A stretch of DNA of 64,000 nucleotides, from assembly GCA_041287245.1 (NCBI GenBank), contig JBEULP010000003.1, forward strand, positions 1-64,000, in the 5' to 3' direction. Position numbers and translations under genes: made by a program. The notes below the pieces were generated by a model. The model did no database searches, was not told the origin of the DNA, and worked only from the letters and a program-made list of their open reading frames with translations. The DNA comes from Infirmifilum sp. (lineage in GTDB: Archaea > Thermoproteota > Thermoprotei > Thermofilales > Thermofilaceae). Below, piece by piece: positions 1-9,496 of this stretch (positions are counted from its first letter, which is position 1; the number at the start of each line of letters is the position of its first letter).

Positions 1-105
1 CTATGTGTAGCGGGCACGCATAGCCCAGAACCCTTGAAAAATAATCCCTCTGCATGCATACAACAAAAAGTTTAAGCGCGCGACATGTTGAAAAACTAAC
101 GAAGA

Positions 106-204
<99 letters not shown>

Positions 205-418
205 CTACTTTTAGACTTGACAGATTTCTGTAGAACATCCTCTTCATCCCTGCACCTTGAGAAAAGCCATAGTTTTGAGGAGTTACTTTTCGGGAAGGTT
301 TGGTTCTTGTGAAACTACTTTCAGGATTTTTGGCTAGGGTATTTGTTCTACATTAGTATTCTAGACTTAATACCCCTCCTTGGAAAAAATCAGGTAATGC
401 TTAAGGGGGATAGTAGGG

Positions 419-676
419 ATGGTGATGTTGAAGCAGTCTGATGCTCTTGGTGTGTTATTTGTAGACGATGGAGAAGAATCCAAGCTTTTACTTTCAAAGC
501 TCGGGGATTACTCGAAACAATTCAAGATCGTCAACGTGACGAAGAACGGGCTGCGAGGCTGGCTGGTTATGGAGTATGGAACCACAGATGTTCCACTGCT
601 AGTCACCGAGAACATCGTGGTAAGTGGGGCGAAAAACATAGAAGAACAACTCCGGAAACTCTTGCTTAAAAGCTAA
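419..676 (+). CDS. Small hypothetical protein, possibly glutaredoxin/thioredoxin-like fold without CxxC
   Basis: 85-aa ORF after a TATA-like site; 'YGTTDVPLLV' resembles the glutaredoxin cis-Pro motif. Confidence 0.6.
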   Translation: MVMLKQSDALGVLFVDDGEESKLLLSKLGDYSKQFKIVNVTKNGLRGWLVMEYGTTDVPLLVTENIVVSGAKNIEEQLRKLLLKS

Positions 677-711
677 AAATATTTTTATTTTTTCTTTAGG
701 TTTAACACTTA

Positions 712-1230
712 ATGTTCAGCTATGAGACGCTCGAAAAGGCTATTCTCTGGATACTCCCAGCTTACGTAGCCAACGGAGCCCCGGTTGTAATCGTCTTCCT
801 AGTCAGAAAAATGGGTAAAAAAACTCATCCAATCGATCTTCGAAGAATCTTCATAGATGGAAAAAGGATATTAGGCGACAACAAGTCTATCGAGGGGTTC
901 CTCGGGGGAGTCATCATCGGCTCCACTTTAGGAGCACTGCTACAGCTGCTGGGGCTCCACAACGCTTTTTCAGCATTAATCTTATCTATTGGAGCCCTCA
1001 CCGGAGACCTTACAGGCGCATTTATAAAACGAAGACTCAATCTGAAGCCAGGCGACCCTGCACCGCTACTAGACCAGCTAGACTTTGTTTTCGGGGCTTT
1101 TGCCTTCCAGCAGCTCTACAACCCAGTACCCCTTGACTACCTAGTTATAGTTGTAGTCTTAACCCCCCTTATACACTTATCAGCGAACCTAGCGGCCTAT
1201 ACCTTTGGTCTAAAGTCCAAACCCTGGTGA
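712..1230 (+). CDS. carS: CDP-archaeol synthase (DUF46)
   Basis: Motifs PAYVANGAP, PID..R.FIDGKRILGD.K, GDL.GAFIKRR, LLDQLDF. Confidence 0.92.
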   Translation: MFSYETLEKAILWILPAYVANGAPVVIVFLVRKMGKKTHPIDLRRIFIDGKRILGDNKSIEGFLGGVIIGSTLGALLQLLGLHNAFSALILSIGALTGDLTGAFIKRRLNLKPGDPAPLLDQLDFVFGAFAFQQLYNPVPLDYLVIVVVLTPLIHLSANLAAYTFGLKSKPW

Positions 1231-1236
1231 CACGTG

Positions 1237-2205
1237 CTAGAAGTCAGAGCAACTAAGAGTCTTCTCTCTTAAACCTTTAAGATAGCTGGGCTCCGGCGGG
1301 TCTTCCTCGTATAGAACATTCCTGTAAGCCTCCAATAACGTTGCTTCAAAACCTGCGATCTCACTATACAAGCTGAACTTCGCTTTCGGAGCATATAAGT
1401 CCAAGACACTTCTCCAATCGGGATCTCTGAGAATGTGGTGCGAGAGAATGTTTAGACGCTCAACCTCCAGAGCTCTAGCGAGGTTCTTCATTCCCTCCTC
1501 TATCCTCTCCGACGACTCCTTACGGGAAAGGTAAATAGGGGGCCCGCCAATAACGGCTATTTTAAACCCGCCTGTTAAAAGCACCCTCAGAGCCTCCTGT
1601 GAAACTGGACCTTGAACATCCGGTAAAAACACTAGCACGGGTTCTCCAGACCTGTAAACCTTGAAGCACAGGACCCATCCTAGCTTTTCTTCACCGTGCG
1701 GCGCTAGAAAACCCTCTACAACAGTATCCCCCAGGCGGAGAGTCTCTGAGTCGAAGAATACCATGCGTGCATTCGCATTTGCTTTTTCAAGTGCTTTTTG
1801 AAGCGAGAAAGCCCTCTTCTTCTGGTTATAATTTATCTTGCTCCTCGGCGACTTAGCTAGTAGAGTCTTCCCGTAGTAAATCTCCAGGAAAGTTTTCTCC
1901 TCAGTGCACTCGTAAAGAGACGGGTAGGGTGGTGTGAAATGATCACGGTGATAGTGGGAGATCGTGATAACCTCGGCTTTCTCCGCGTACTCGAGAACCT
2001 TCAGTCTAAGTTTCCTGAGAGCCCTGAACTCCTCTGGGTGCGGCGGCAGACTATACCGGAGGGGGCCGAGGCTTACCCCGGCGTCGAAGAGAATCCGCAC
2101 ATCGGGAGTCTCGACGAAGAGGGCCATGGACCTAACTCCTAGGCTCTCGTCGGCAATAGGGGTAACACTTACTCTCGCAGATCCCTGCATCTGTGAGCGC
2201 CGCAC
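1237..2205 (-). CDS. Metallo-beta-lactamase fold hydrolase (UPF0282-like)
   Basis: ESLGVRSMA, SHYHRDH metal motif, HHILRD; start could be Met at 2187. Confidence 0.85.
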   Translation of the reverse strand: MRRSQMQGSARVSVTPIADESLGVRSMALFVETPDVRILFDAGVSLGPLRYSLPPHPEEFRALRKLRLKVLEYAEKAEVITISHYHRDHFTPPYPSLYECTEEKTFLEIYYGKTLLAKSPRSKINYNQKKRAFSLQKALEKANANARMVFFDSETLRLGDTVVEGFLAPHGEEKLGWVLCFKVYRSGEPVLVFLPDVQGPVSQEALRVLLTGGFKIAVIGGPPIYLSRKESSERIEEGMKNLARALEVERLNILSHHILRDPDWRSVLDLYAPKAKFSLYSEIAGFEATLLEAYRNVLYEEDPPEPSYLKGLREKTLSCSDF

Positions 2206-2236
2206 CCCAGGTGGTTTAACACATAGCTAAAAAATG

Positions 2237-2761
2237 TTAGATGGTAAGCCCCTTCTCGCGTAGAGCTTCTAGGAGCAGTTTGAACATGCCGGGCATGGCT
2301 TCAGGGTCTGTCCCAGTTATGATGTTACCGTCACGCACAAAGTTCTCCCCCATTACTTCGGCGCCAGCATTTCTCAAGTCGTCATGTATCGAGAAGAAAC
2401 CTGTAACTTTTCTCCCCCTCACTAGGCCTGCCGAGATTAAAACCCAAGGGGCGTGGCATACCGCTGCTATAATACCCTTCTTCGCCGTCTTCCTCACAAG
2501 CTCAAGTATCTCTGCGCTTCTCCTGAGCCTGTCCGGCGCATAGCCTCCCGGTATCCAAAGCACAAGGTAATCGTCATTGAGCGCAGACCTAGCATCCAGT
2601 GTAGCCTTAACCCGAAGCTCGCTCTTACCCTTGTACTCCTTCGCCTCGGGGCCCACAATATCTACTTGAAAACCAAGCTCTTTGAGCCTGTATAGAGGAT
2701 AGATAAGCTCGCGCTCGTCAAACAAGTCTTCAACTAAAACAGCTGCCTTCATCAACAACAA
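2237..2761 (-). CDS. pfpI: PfpI/DJ-1 family cysteine peptidase/deglycase
   Basis: FDERELIYP, IPGGYAPDRLR, AVCHAPW nucleophile elbow. Confidence 0.92.
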   Translation of the reverse strand: MLLMKAAVLVEDLFDERELIYPLYRLKELGFQVDIVGPEAKEYKGKSELRVKATLDARSALNDDYLVLWIPGGYAPDRLRRSAEILELVRKTAKKGIIAAVCHAPWVLISAGLVRGRKVTGFFSIHDDLRNAGAEVMGENFVRDGNIITGTDPEAMPGMFKLLLEALREKGLTI

Positions 2762-2791
2762 TATATCGTTGGCTGCTTTTATTTTTATACG

Positions 2792-4402
2792 CTAGAGCCC
2801 AGGAGAGGCTTTACTCTTCTGCTGCCGCTCATATTTCCTCCAAAGCTCCTGTAAAGTCGTTACGTCCTCAGGTGACTTGTCAGCACGTATTCTCTTGATC
2901 CTAGCGAATCGCAAGGCTAGCCCAGAGGGATATCGAGAGCTTCTCTGAATCTCAGAATACTCAACCTCCACTACTATTTGAGGCTTCACGTGAACGACCC
3001 AGCCCTCCTCCCTAACTTTTAAAGCCAAGAGCTTCCGAGTCATCTCCTGAAACTCAGCGTCCGTAAGCCCTTTGAAAGTCTTTCCTACGACGGCGAAGTC
3101 CCCTGTCCTCTCATCCCTTACAGCCAGGTAGTAGTCGCTGAGCCAGCCGCTACGCCTGCCGTGCCCCCACTCCGCCGCCGTTACAACGCAGTCCACAGTC
3201 TCAGCGTTTTTCAGCTTCAGCCACTTTCTTCCCCTGTTTCCAGGCTCGTAGTTCGAGCCCGGATGCTTGCAGACGAGACCCTCGTGACCGTTGTCTAGAG
3301 CTTCTTTGAACGCTCTTTCAAGCTCCTCTGGTGTTTCAACATAAACCTGGCGTGCAAGGAGCTCTGGGGGTAAAACTTCTTCCAGCATGCTCCTTCGCCG
3401 CGAGTAGGACTCGTCTATAAGCATTTTCCCATTGAGGTAAAGAAGATCGAAAAAGTACACGCGTAGAGGAAGCGTTTTCAGGAAGCTTTCAAAATCATTT
3501 TTCCTCCTGAACCTGCGGGCGATGTCTTGAAAGGAGATCGGCCTATCACCGACCAACCCGAGAGCCTCGCCGTCTAGGACTCCAGACTCAGCCTTCAGGT
3601 TTGCCTTAACAGCTTCAACGACGTCCGGGAGAAAACCTGTTATCCGGTTCATTCTCCGGGAGAAAACCTCTATCCTCCCATCTTTGACATGCACCTGAAC
3701 CCTTAACCCGTCGTATTTATACTCGGCTGAGGTATAGCCCGAGTGCTCCCGTAGAACCTCGAGGGGTGTATATGCCATGTCTGCCAGCATCGGCTTTACG
3801 GGCCTGAAAAGCTCCAGCTTTATATCTCGTATGTTTATCCCACCCACAACTCTTCTCGCCAGCTCTCCGATATCCCCAGTCAGCATGTAGGCACGCCTAA
3901 TCTCCTCCTGGCTATAACCCCCTACCCTGGCGAGGGCCTCGAGAACAATCCCGACGTTCGCACCTATCCTCGGCTCGCCAAAGATGATTCGAAGTAGATA
4001 CTCTAGCTCTTCAGCGTCTAGCCTAGCGAACAAGCCTCGTAGCAGATTCACCTTTTTGTTTCGCGCACCCTCCCCGCTTACCGTGGAGACTTTATCGAGA
4101 GTATGATAAACTTCCCAGAGCGACGGGGACCCACTGAACAGCGGCGCTATCCTGCTAGTCTTCAACTGCTCCACCACTTCCGAGACTGTTGAGAAGCCAA
4201 CTCCTAGTTCACGAGCATCCCCCTCGGGAAAAATCCTACCTGTGAGAAGCAGGACGGCAGTCTTCGCCTCTTCGGGGTCAAGGGACCCAATAAAGGACGT
4301 TAAAACCTTAATCTTTTCGAGCTTACTGCGCATACGCTCGACCTCCTTAGCGACGCGCACAAGCTCCTGGAAACTAACCATCGAAAACTCTCTACAACCC
4401 AA
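2792..4402 (-). CDS. lig: ATP-dependent DNA ligase
   Basis: Motif I EYKYDGLR, LDGE, FDLL, EGLVCK, WLKLK, LRFARI; probable start Met at 4381. Confidence 0.95.
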   Translation of the reverse strand: MGCREFSMVSFQELVRVAKEVERMRSKLEKIKVLTSFIGSLDPEEAKTAVLLLTGRIFPEGDARELGVGFSTVSEVVEQLKTSRIAPLFSGSPSLWEVYHTLDKVSTVSGEGARNKKVNLLRGLFARLDAEELEYLLRIIFGEPRIGANVGIVLEALARVGGYSQEEIRRAYMLTGDIGELARRVVGGINIRDIKLELFRPVKPMLADMAYTPLEVLREHSGYTSAEYKYDGLRVQVHVKDGRIEVFSRRMNRITGFLPDVVEAVKANLKAESGVLDGEALGLVGDRPISFQDIARRFRRKNDFESFLKTLPLRVYFFDLLYLNGKMLIDESYSRRRSMLEEVLPPELLARQVYVETPEELERAFKEALDNGHEGLVCKHPGSNYEPGNRGRKWLKLKNAETVDCVVTAAEWGHGRRSGWLSDYYLAVRDERTGDFAVVGKTFKGLTDAEFQEMTRKLLALKVREEGWVVHVKPQIVVEVEYSEIQRSSRYPSGLALRFARIKRIRADKSPEDVTTLQELWRKYERQQKSKASPGL

Positions 4403-4455
4403 GGCTAATAAAGTCTATTTACACTTTTCTCGGCCTTCAATATATAAGTTGATGG

Positions 4456-5478
4456 TCAGCGAAAGCTGTCCAGTGATACTTGTTTCCTCTTTTTCCACAG
4501 CAGTGTAAGCCTGTCTAAAAGAAGCTTAACCCTTTCCTCTGAGAAGTTGTTCTCATCGACTAGAAAGTGCTCTAACTCATCATAGGCTGGCTCGCCATAT
4601 TCTATAGTGTAGTTTTCCCGGACAGCGGGGTTCATGAAGATCTCTATAATTTCAGCGTAGTTGGGGATTTTCTCCCGTATACTTCTGGGAAGCCCATCGA
4701 TACCGCCATATCTCTTCACAAGCTTTAAGGCTCTCTTAGGGCCTATCCCCCTAACCCCCTCGTTGTAATCGGTGCCGACTAGAATAGCTATCTCGACAAG
4801 CTGTTTCCTCGTAATCCCTAGGCTCTTCAAGGTAATCTCTAGCTCTACAAGCTCAGGCTCAAGTTTTCTAGCCTGCCCCTTGCTTGGCAGCCACTCCGTA
4901 CCGGTTATTGTTAGGTAGCGGAGCAGTCGAGGAGAGCCGTAGAGAATCGCGTCCCAGTCAAGGGTAGCTGTAGCCCATGCTTCCCCCCTTGATGCGATAT
5001 AAGCAGCCTGTGCCTCCGCGTCATGAGGTGCGTCCACAATGGGCCAGCCCATAAGCCTGAGGAGCTTCTTCGAGCTCTCAATAATCCAATCGTCAACCGA
5101 GACTGCCACTACGGCTTTTGAAAAAGCTTTTTCAAACTCTTCGCGGCTTAGTAGCTCGTGGAACTCCTTCTCGGCTTTCTCGCGTACCATCCTCCTTTTT
5201 TCAAGCTCCTTGAGCTTTAACGGTAGAGGGGGGCCGTCGAAAACGAAGATGAAGCTACAGGCGTTTTCAAGGGCTAGCCTGGAGTAGCGGAAGGCTAGGC
5301 CAACTAGGTGTGAGGTTATCCTGCCGTTCCTCCCTTTGAGAGGCTCTGCTTTAGGCGTCCGCACGAGCGCTAGGAACTGGTATATAGAGTTAAGAGCGTC
5401 GACCGCTAGAGTCTTATACGCTACCTCCGAGAGACCTATAGTCCGGCGCGGAATTATTGGTGTTAAATATGTTCCCAC
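4456..5478 (-). CDS. fen: Flap endonuclease 1 family
   Basis: AVDALNSIYQFL, TSHL.G, FVFDG, DAEAQAAY, H3TH ILVGTDYN..GIGPKRAL, C-terminal PIP-like KQVSLDSF. Confidence 0.93.
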   Translation of the reverse strand: MGTYLTPIIPRRTIGLSEVAYKTLAVDALNSIYQFLALVRTPKAEPLKGRNGRITSHLVGLAFRYSRLALENACSFIFVFDGPPLPLKLKELEKRRMVREKAEKEFHELLSREEFEKAFSKAVVAVSVDDWIIESSKKLLRLMGWPIVDAPHDAEAQAAYIASRGEAWATATLDWDAILYGSPRLLRYLTITGTEWLPSKGQARKLEPELVELEITLKSLGITRKQLVEIAILVGTDYNEGVRGIGPKRALKLVKRYGGIDGLPRSIREKIPNYAEIIEIFMNPAVRENYTIEYGEPAYDELEHFLVDENNFSEERVKLLLDRLTLLWKKRKQVSLDSFR

Positions 5479-5512
5479 AATATTTTAAGCACGGGGTTTA
5501 TAGTTAGTTTGT

Positions 5513-5839
5513 ATGCTTCGAGATGTCACGTTGCAGGAGGTCGACGGAGAGATAAGAAGTGGGAAAACTGTCGTGCTTGACTTCTACGCTGAGTGGTGTA
5601 TACCTTGTAGAGCCGTTGATGATGTGCTCACACAAGTGTCGAGGCTGCTCCGCGAGTCCAACCGGGTGGTCTTCCTGCGTGTCAACGTAGATGTCGAAAA
5701 AGAGGCGGCTGAAAAGTTCGAGGTCTATGGGCTACCTACTGTGATAGTATTCCATAAGGGGGTGGAGGTGAAGAGGTTCTCGGGTGTCCCGAGAAACTTT
5801 GCAGTGGAGCTTCTACGGCTCCTTAAGAGTCTATCCTAG
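5513..5839 (+). CDS. Thioredoxin
   Basis: DFYAEWCIPC active site, GLPT. Confidence 0.9.
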   Translation: MLRDVTLQEVDGEIRSGKTVVLDFYAEWCIPCRAVDDVLTQVSRLLRESNRVVFLRVNVDVEKEAAEKFEVYGLPTVIVFHKGVEVKRFSGVPRNFAVELLRLLKSLS

Positions 5840-6154
5840 GAGCTGGTGGATATCTTTTAGCAGCCCTTTTCTCTCAAGTCTTTGAACCTCCGTCGAAGTA
5901 TATCTGTAGATGATGTCGCCCCTCTCAGGCTGGAAGTCCCAGGGGGCTACGAGGACTAGATCCCCTACTCGCATCCACATACGCTTCTTCAGTTTGCCGG
6001 GTATTCGACAGAGCCTGACCTTGCCGTCGCTACATAAGACCTTAGCCCTGTCAAAGCCAAGGAGCTGTTGTATTACGCATAGAAGCGTTGTTTGACCGTC
6101 GGGGAGTGGAACTTCCTCTTCTTTCTCTCCCTGTTCTTTGTTATTTTTACTCAT
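5831..6154 (-). CDS. eif1a: Translation initiation factor aIF-1A
   Basis: RLCRIPGKLKKRMWMRVGDLV, GDIIYRY. Confidence 0.95.
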   Translation of the reverse strand: MSKNNKEQGEKEEEVPLPDGQTTLLCVIQQLLGFDRAKVLCSDGKVRLCRIPGKLKKRMWMRVGDLVLVAPWDFQPERGDIIYRYTSTEVQRLERKGLLKDIHQLLG

Positions 6155-6192
6155 ATATCGGTAGAACCGCGTGTGTACTTATAAAACTTTGT

Positions 6193-6561
6193 TTACCTCT
6201 GAGAAGCCTCCCCGCTTTCCTTGACGACGACCATGTTTATCTGTACAATATCATCTGTTATAGTATTCCCGCGAACATATCTACGCCGCCTCTCGCCCTT
6301 CTCCTTGGGCCTATAGCCTGGGGGGCCGGAAAGCAAGAAATAGCCTTTTCTAGCGCCGGGAATATCGGGTCTCATTGGCTCGCCAGCCCTCCCCGAACCG
6401 CCTCTAATCTGGAGTTTTATTCCAGGCTTGCCCACCAGCTCTCCGTCTATAGTGTCCCCTATCTTGAGACCTATGAGCCTCGCGGCCTGGTCGCCTTTGA
6501 GCTCAACCTGTTCAGCTTTGCCAGTAGCTGGATCTGATATGACTAGCTTAAACTCCGGCAT
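6193..6561 (-). CDS. rps6e: Ribosomal protein eS6
   Basis: FKLVISDP, LQIRGGS..GEPMRPD, GERRRRYVRG. Confidence 0.96.
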   Translation of the reverse strand: MPEFKLVISDPATGKAEQVELKGDQAARLIGLKIGDTIDGELVGKPGIKLQIRGGSGRAGEPMRPDIPGARKGYFLLSGPPGYRPKEKGERRRRYVRGNTITDDIVQINMVVVKESGEASQR

Positions 6562-6666
6562 GTCCGACTCAGACGTTCAAGGCGTATCTATACCTAAAAA
6601 TTTATCGTTCTTCTCAAATGAGCGTGCGACAAGCCTTTTTAATTGAGCCTTGGATTATAGTTCTAC

Positions 6667-6837
6667 GTGGCTAAGAAAGTAAAGAGTGACATCGTGAAGG
6701 TCAACTTCAGGGTTACTGAGCGTGAATACCTTGAGATGAAGAGGCTCGTCGACAAGGAGATCTACTCCTCTATGTCCGAGCTTGTCAGACACGCTATTGA
6801 GTTGCTAGTTGAGGAGTATTCCCGGGTAAAGGTATAA
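6667..6837 (+). CDS. Ribbon-helix-helix (CopG/Arc-like) DNA-binding protein, 56 aa, absent from the ORF track
   Basis: Hand translation from GTG: MAKKVKSDIVKVNFRVTEREYLEMKRLVDKEIYSSMSELVRHAIELLVEEYSRVKV; alternating beta strand then S.SELVR.AI helix; TTTTTAAT about 25 nt upstream. Confidence 0.85.
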   Translation: MAKKVKSDIVKVNFRVTEREYLEMKRLVDKEIYSSMSELVRHAIELLVEEYSRVKV

Positions 6838-7903
6838 GATAGGTTTTTTCGCCGTGGAAGAAAAGCTTCACCCTCTCAGAGCCGAGGAGCCTGTCAACCG
6901 CACTCTCCAAGCTAAAGTAGGCCTCTATAGTCCTGTACGAGCCTAGCTCAAGCACCTGTATAAAGCTGCCGCTTTTAGAGACAACAAGCCCCTCGGGGAG
7001 ATCCTTCTCATGGGCAACGACACTTATCTTCGAAGTTGTCTCATGGTTTAATGGTAGGCGTGTCGTGGTGTAACGCTCCAGGTCTAATAGCTCAACATAT
7101 CTACGCGTGAGCCGCGCGACGTAATAAAACGAGCCGCCGAGTGTAACGACGTCTCCCTGAACAAAGCCGGGCAGGAGAAGCCTTATCGTTCTCTTAAACT
7201 TTCCATGCCCACTCTCATCCACGCCGATGTGCTTGCTTGTCTCCAGAACCTCCATATAGACACGTCTCTGCAGAGCTTCTGCAATCTTCCTAGCCGCAGT
7301 ATACTCGGAAAAGTACAGATCTAGGCCTTCAGGTTTCTCCTCAACTTCAACAGGAACAGCCAAAGGATCCTTCATCGACACCTCGGACACGCTATCCTCC
7401 ACCAATTTGACAACATTGTTCAGCTCTGTCTGCTCGAGCTTCCTGCCCTGGGCCCTAATCTGTATTATTGCGTTCTTTTTCTTCGAGACATGTCCAAGAC
7501 AAACATTGCAGATAGTCTTCTTAACCGAAACCTTTAGCGTGTACTCTTCTGTATAGTCCTGCTGAAGCTCGGGAGACGCCCTGCCAGTTACTTTAAAGAC
7601 AACCAAGGAAAGACTGCTCGGCAACTCCACCTTCACGTAACGTATTTGCCCTTGGGAGCGCGCGAGTCTTGGAAACATCCTTCTCAGCTCCTCCGCCGCT
7701 TCATCTCGCGAAGAAACCCACTTCCCCTTCTTGAACCTTAAGGAACCGCAAATCCTGCAAACCTCCAGCTCTACATGATCTGTCTTCAACTCGAGTAGGG
7801 GGTGTTCTCTACGGTAACACTCCTCGCATAGCCCGTTAACTAGTCTCTCAACAGTCCTACCGCAGACTGGGCATCTAGGAGACTCACGCATTACAAACCA
7901 CAC
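6794..7903 (-). CDS. NMD3 family ribosome biogenesis protein
   Basis: CPVCG..GLCEECY, VCRICG, ICNVC, AIIQIRA. Confidence 0.88.
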   Translation of the reverse strand: MWFVMRESPRCPVCGRTVERLVNGLCEECYRREHPLLELKTDHVELEVCRICGSLRFKKGKWVSSRDEAAEELRRMFPRLARSQGQIRYVKVELPSSLSLVVFKVTGRASPELQQDYTEEYTLKVSVKKTICNVCLGHVSKKKNAIIQIRAQGRKLEQTELNNVVKLVEDSVSEVSMKDPLAVPVEVEEKPEGLDLYFSEYTAARKIAEALQRRVYMEVLETSKHIGVDESGHGKFKRTIRLLLPGFVQGDVVTLGGSFYYVARLTRRYVELLDLERYTTTRLPLNHETTSKISVVAHEKDLPEGLVVSKSGSFIQVLELGSYRTIEAYFSLESAVDRLLGSERVKLFFHGEKTYLIPLPGNTPQLATQ

Positions 7904-7908
7904 GCCTG

Positions 7909-8223
7909 CTAGGGGGTGGGTATCTTAAATATTTGCACATGAGGAACACCCCCAATGTCTACAGCTGCATCATGAACGGAGGGGAAAAGCTCAGCCAGCC
8001 TCTCGACGCATACTCTTCCAAACGCTGTCACGCAATCGGCTCCTAGGATCATAGCCTCCAACTCTGGCGAGCTGTCCTCCATGATCACACCGCCAAAAAA
8101 CTCGCGTGTAATCTTCACTCTTACTCTACCGTGGATAACCTCCTTGCCGAGGAGCTCCTCATCGCAGAGAGCTACTAGCCTGTACTGTCCGCTTGTGTGA
8201 AGCTTCACCGCAACCCGTGGCAC
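7909..8223 (-). CDS. DUF424 family protein
   Basis: LVALCDEELLGK, EFFGG, IGGVPHVQI; start moved to GTG at 8223. Confidence 0.8.
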   Translation of the reverse strand: MPRVAVKLHTSGQYRLVALCDEELLGKEVIHGRVRVKITREFFGGVIMEDSSPELEAMILGADCVTAFGRVCVERLAELFPSVHDAAVDIGGVPHVQIFKIPTP

Positions 8224-8322
8224 GACAGCGCTTCCCCATGCATCAACCCAACCTGGATAGTAAAAAAGTTGTCTACGCAACGCTCGAAACGTTTTTAGGA
8301 TGAAAAACGCTATGTATCGCGG

Positions 8323-8371
8323 ATGATGACGGTTGGTATTTACGAGCGGTGAGTTATGACATCAGGACTGA
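8323..8371 (+). ncRNA. Candidate box C/D methylation guide sRNA
   Basis: C ATGATGA, 12-nt guide, D' ACGA, C'-like GCGGTGA, guide, D CTGA; TATA-like TTTTTAGG upstream. Confidence 0.7.
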
Positions 8372-8590
8372 CGATCACGTGAGAAGAAAAACAGTTTATC
8401 AACAGGAAAAACCTTTTTTACAGCTCTGCATCTATCTTCTACGGCTCCATTATTAACTCGTAAACTATTCCTTCTTCTCAGTGCGCACGACCGCCACGAG
8501 GCAAGTCTCTACACCCTAGCCCGCCGCGAAATAGCCAGATGAAAGGCAACGTCCACAAACAAAGGTTTAGGGCGCGCGCAAGGGAGGAAG

Positions 8591-9472
8591 TCAGGCACGA
8601 ACTACTTCGCTGAGTCTGTTTTTGACGACGATTCCCTTCCCTTTTTCTATCTCGAAAACGAATATGTCAGGCGGTACTGGACGCCAACGCATCTTTCTTA
8701 TGAAGAGAGTCCGGTAGAAGGTGTTTTTCACCCTCTCGAGTCCTAGGACGAAAACACCTGCCGCGAGAAATTCTTCCACTCCGAAGCGACTTAGCGCTGT
8801 GCTGCCGGTGGGTATCTCTGAAACTATTAGGTTTGTAGTACCTATCCTCTTCTCAAGGTTTATGATCAAGTTTTTAATGTACTCGCGGGTCCAGGCGACG
8901 TCGCCCTCATTCACCATTAAAGGAGCGATAGGATCTATTACCAGCCTCCTAGCGTCAATTCTCCTGGTCTCCTCAAGGATGCCATAGACTATCGAGTCTA
9001 CAACGGTGTTGGCAGGCTTATTCTTCAGCTTCTCGACAAAGTCAGGCATTAAGGTTAACACGTTAAGCATCCCCTGGCTTATCAGGCTCTCTATATCCCA
9101 GCCGAAGTCGTACGCGCCTTTCACGAAGTCGTCGTAGTCCTCGTCCACAAGCACGTAGACACCCGGCTCCCCCATTTGAATCCCCTGGATAAGGAACGTC
9201 ATCGAGAAGAGAGTCTTCCCCGTGCCTGTCTCACCCGTTACTAGATACGATCTTCCGCGCAGGAGTCCACCTATCCTCTCATCTAGCCCAGTAATACCTG
9301 TCTTTGCAAGCTCATAGCCTTGACGGGCCCCGCTCACTCCCTCCTCATGAACCACTTCCTCTCTAACCGACACCTGCTCCAATGGTAGTTGTTCCTGCGG
9401 TTCTTGTTCTTCTCTTGGGGGCTGTGCCTTATCGTAACGTTTGCGGCTGAACATATTAAGCCTTAAAAACAA
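8591..9472 (-). CDS. KaiC-like RecA-superfamily ATPase, single domain
   Basis: TGITGLD, GETGTGKT, RLVIDPI, EEFLA.G, IRKMR; probable start Met at 9454. Confidence 0.9.
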   Translation of the reverse strand: MFLRLNMFSRKRYDKAQPPREEQEPQEQLPLEQVSVREEVVHEEGVSGARQGYELAKTGITGLDERIGGLLRGRSYLVTGETGTGKTLFSMTFLIQGIQMGEPGVYVLVDEDYDDFVKGAYDFGWDIESLISQGMLNVLTLMPDFVEKLKNKPANTVVDSIVYGILEETRRIDARRLVIDPIAPLMVNEGDVAWTREYIKNLIINLEKRIGTTNLIVSEIPTGSTALSRFGVEEFLAAGVFVLGLERVKNTFYRTLFIRKMRWRPVPPDIFVFEIEKGKGIVVKNRLSEVVRA

Positions 9473-9496
9473 AATCCGCTAAATAAGCGAATCGCC

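Noticed and set aside
209..248. Possible minus-strand C/D RNA (ATGAAGA...CAGA)
   Set aside because: No C' box and no proper terminal D box
8430..8590. Unassigned spacer downstream of the KaiC-like gene
   Set aside because: No convincing ORF on the minus strand, box motifs or stable fold; only short GGCTAGGG and GCGCGC motifs
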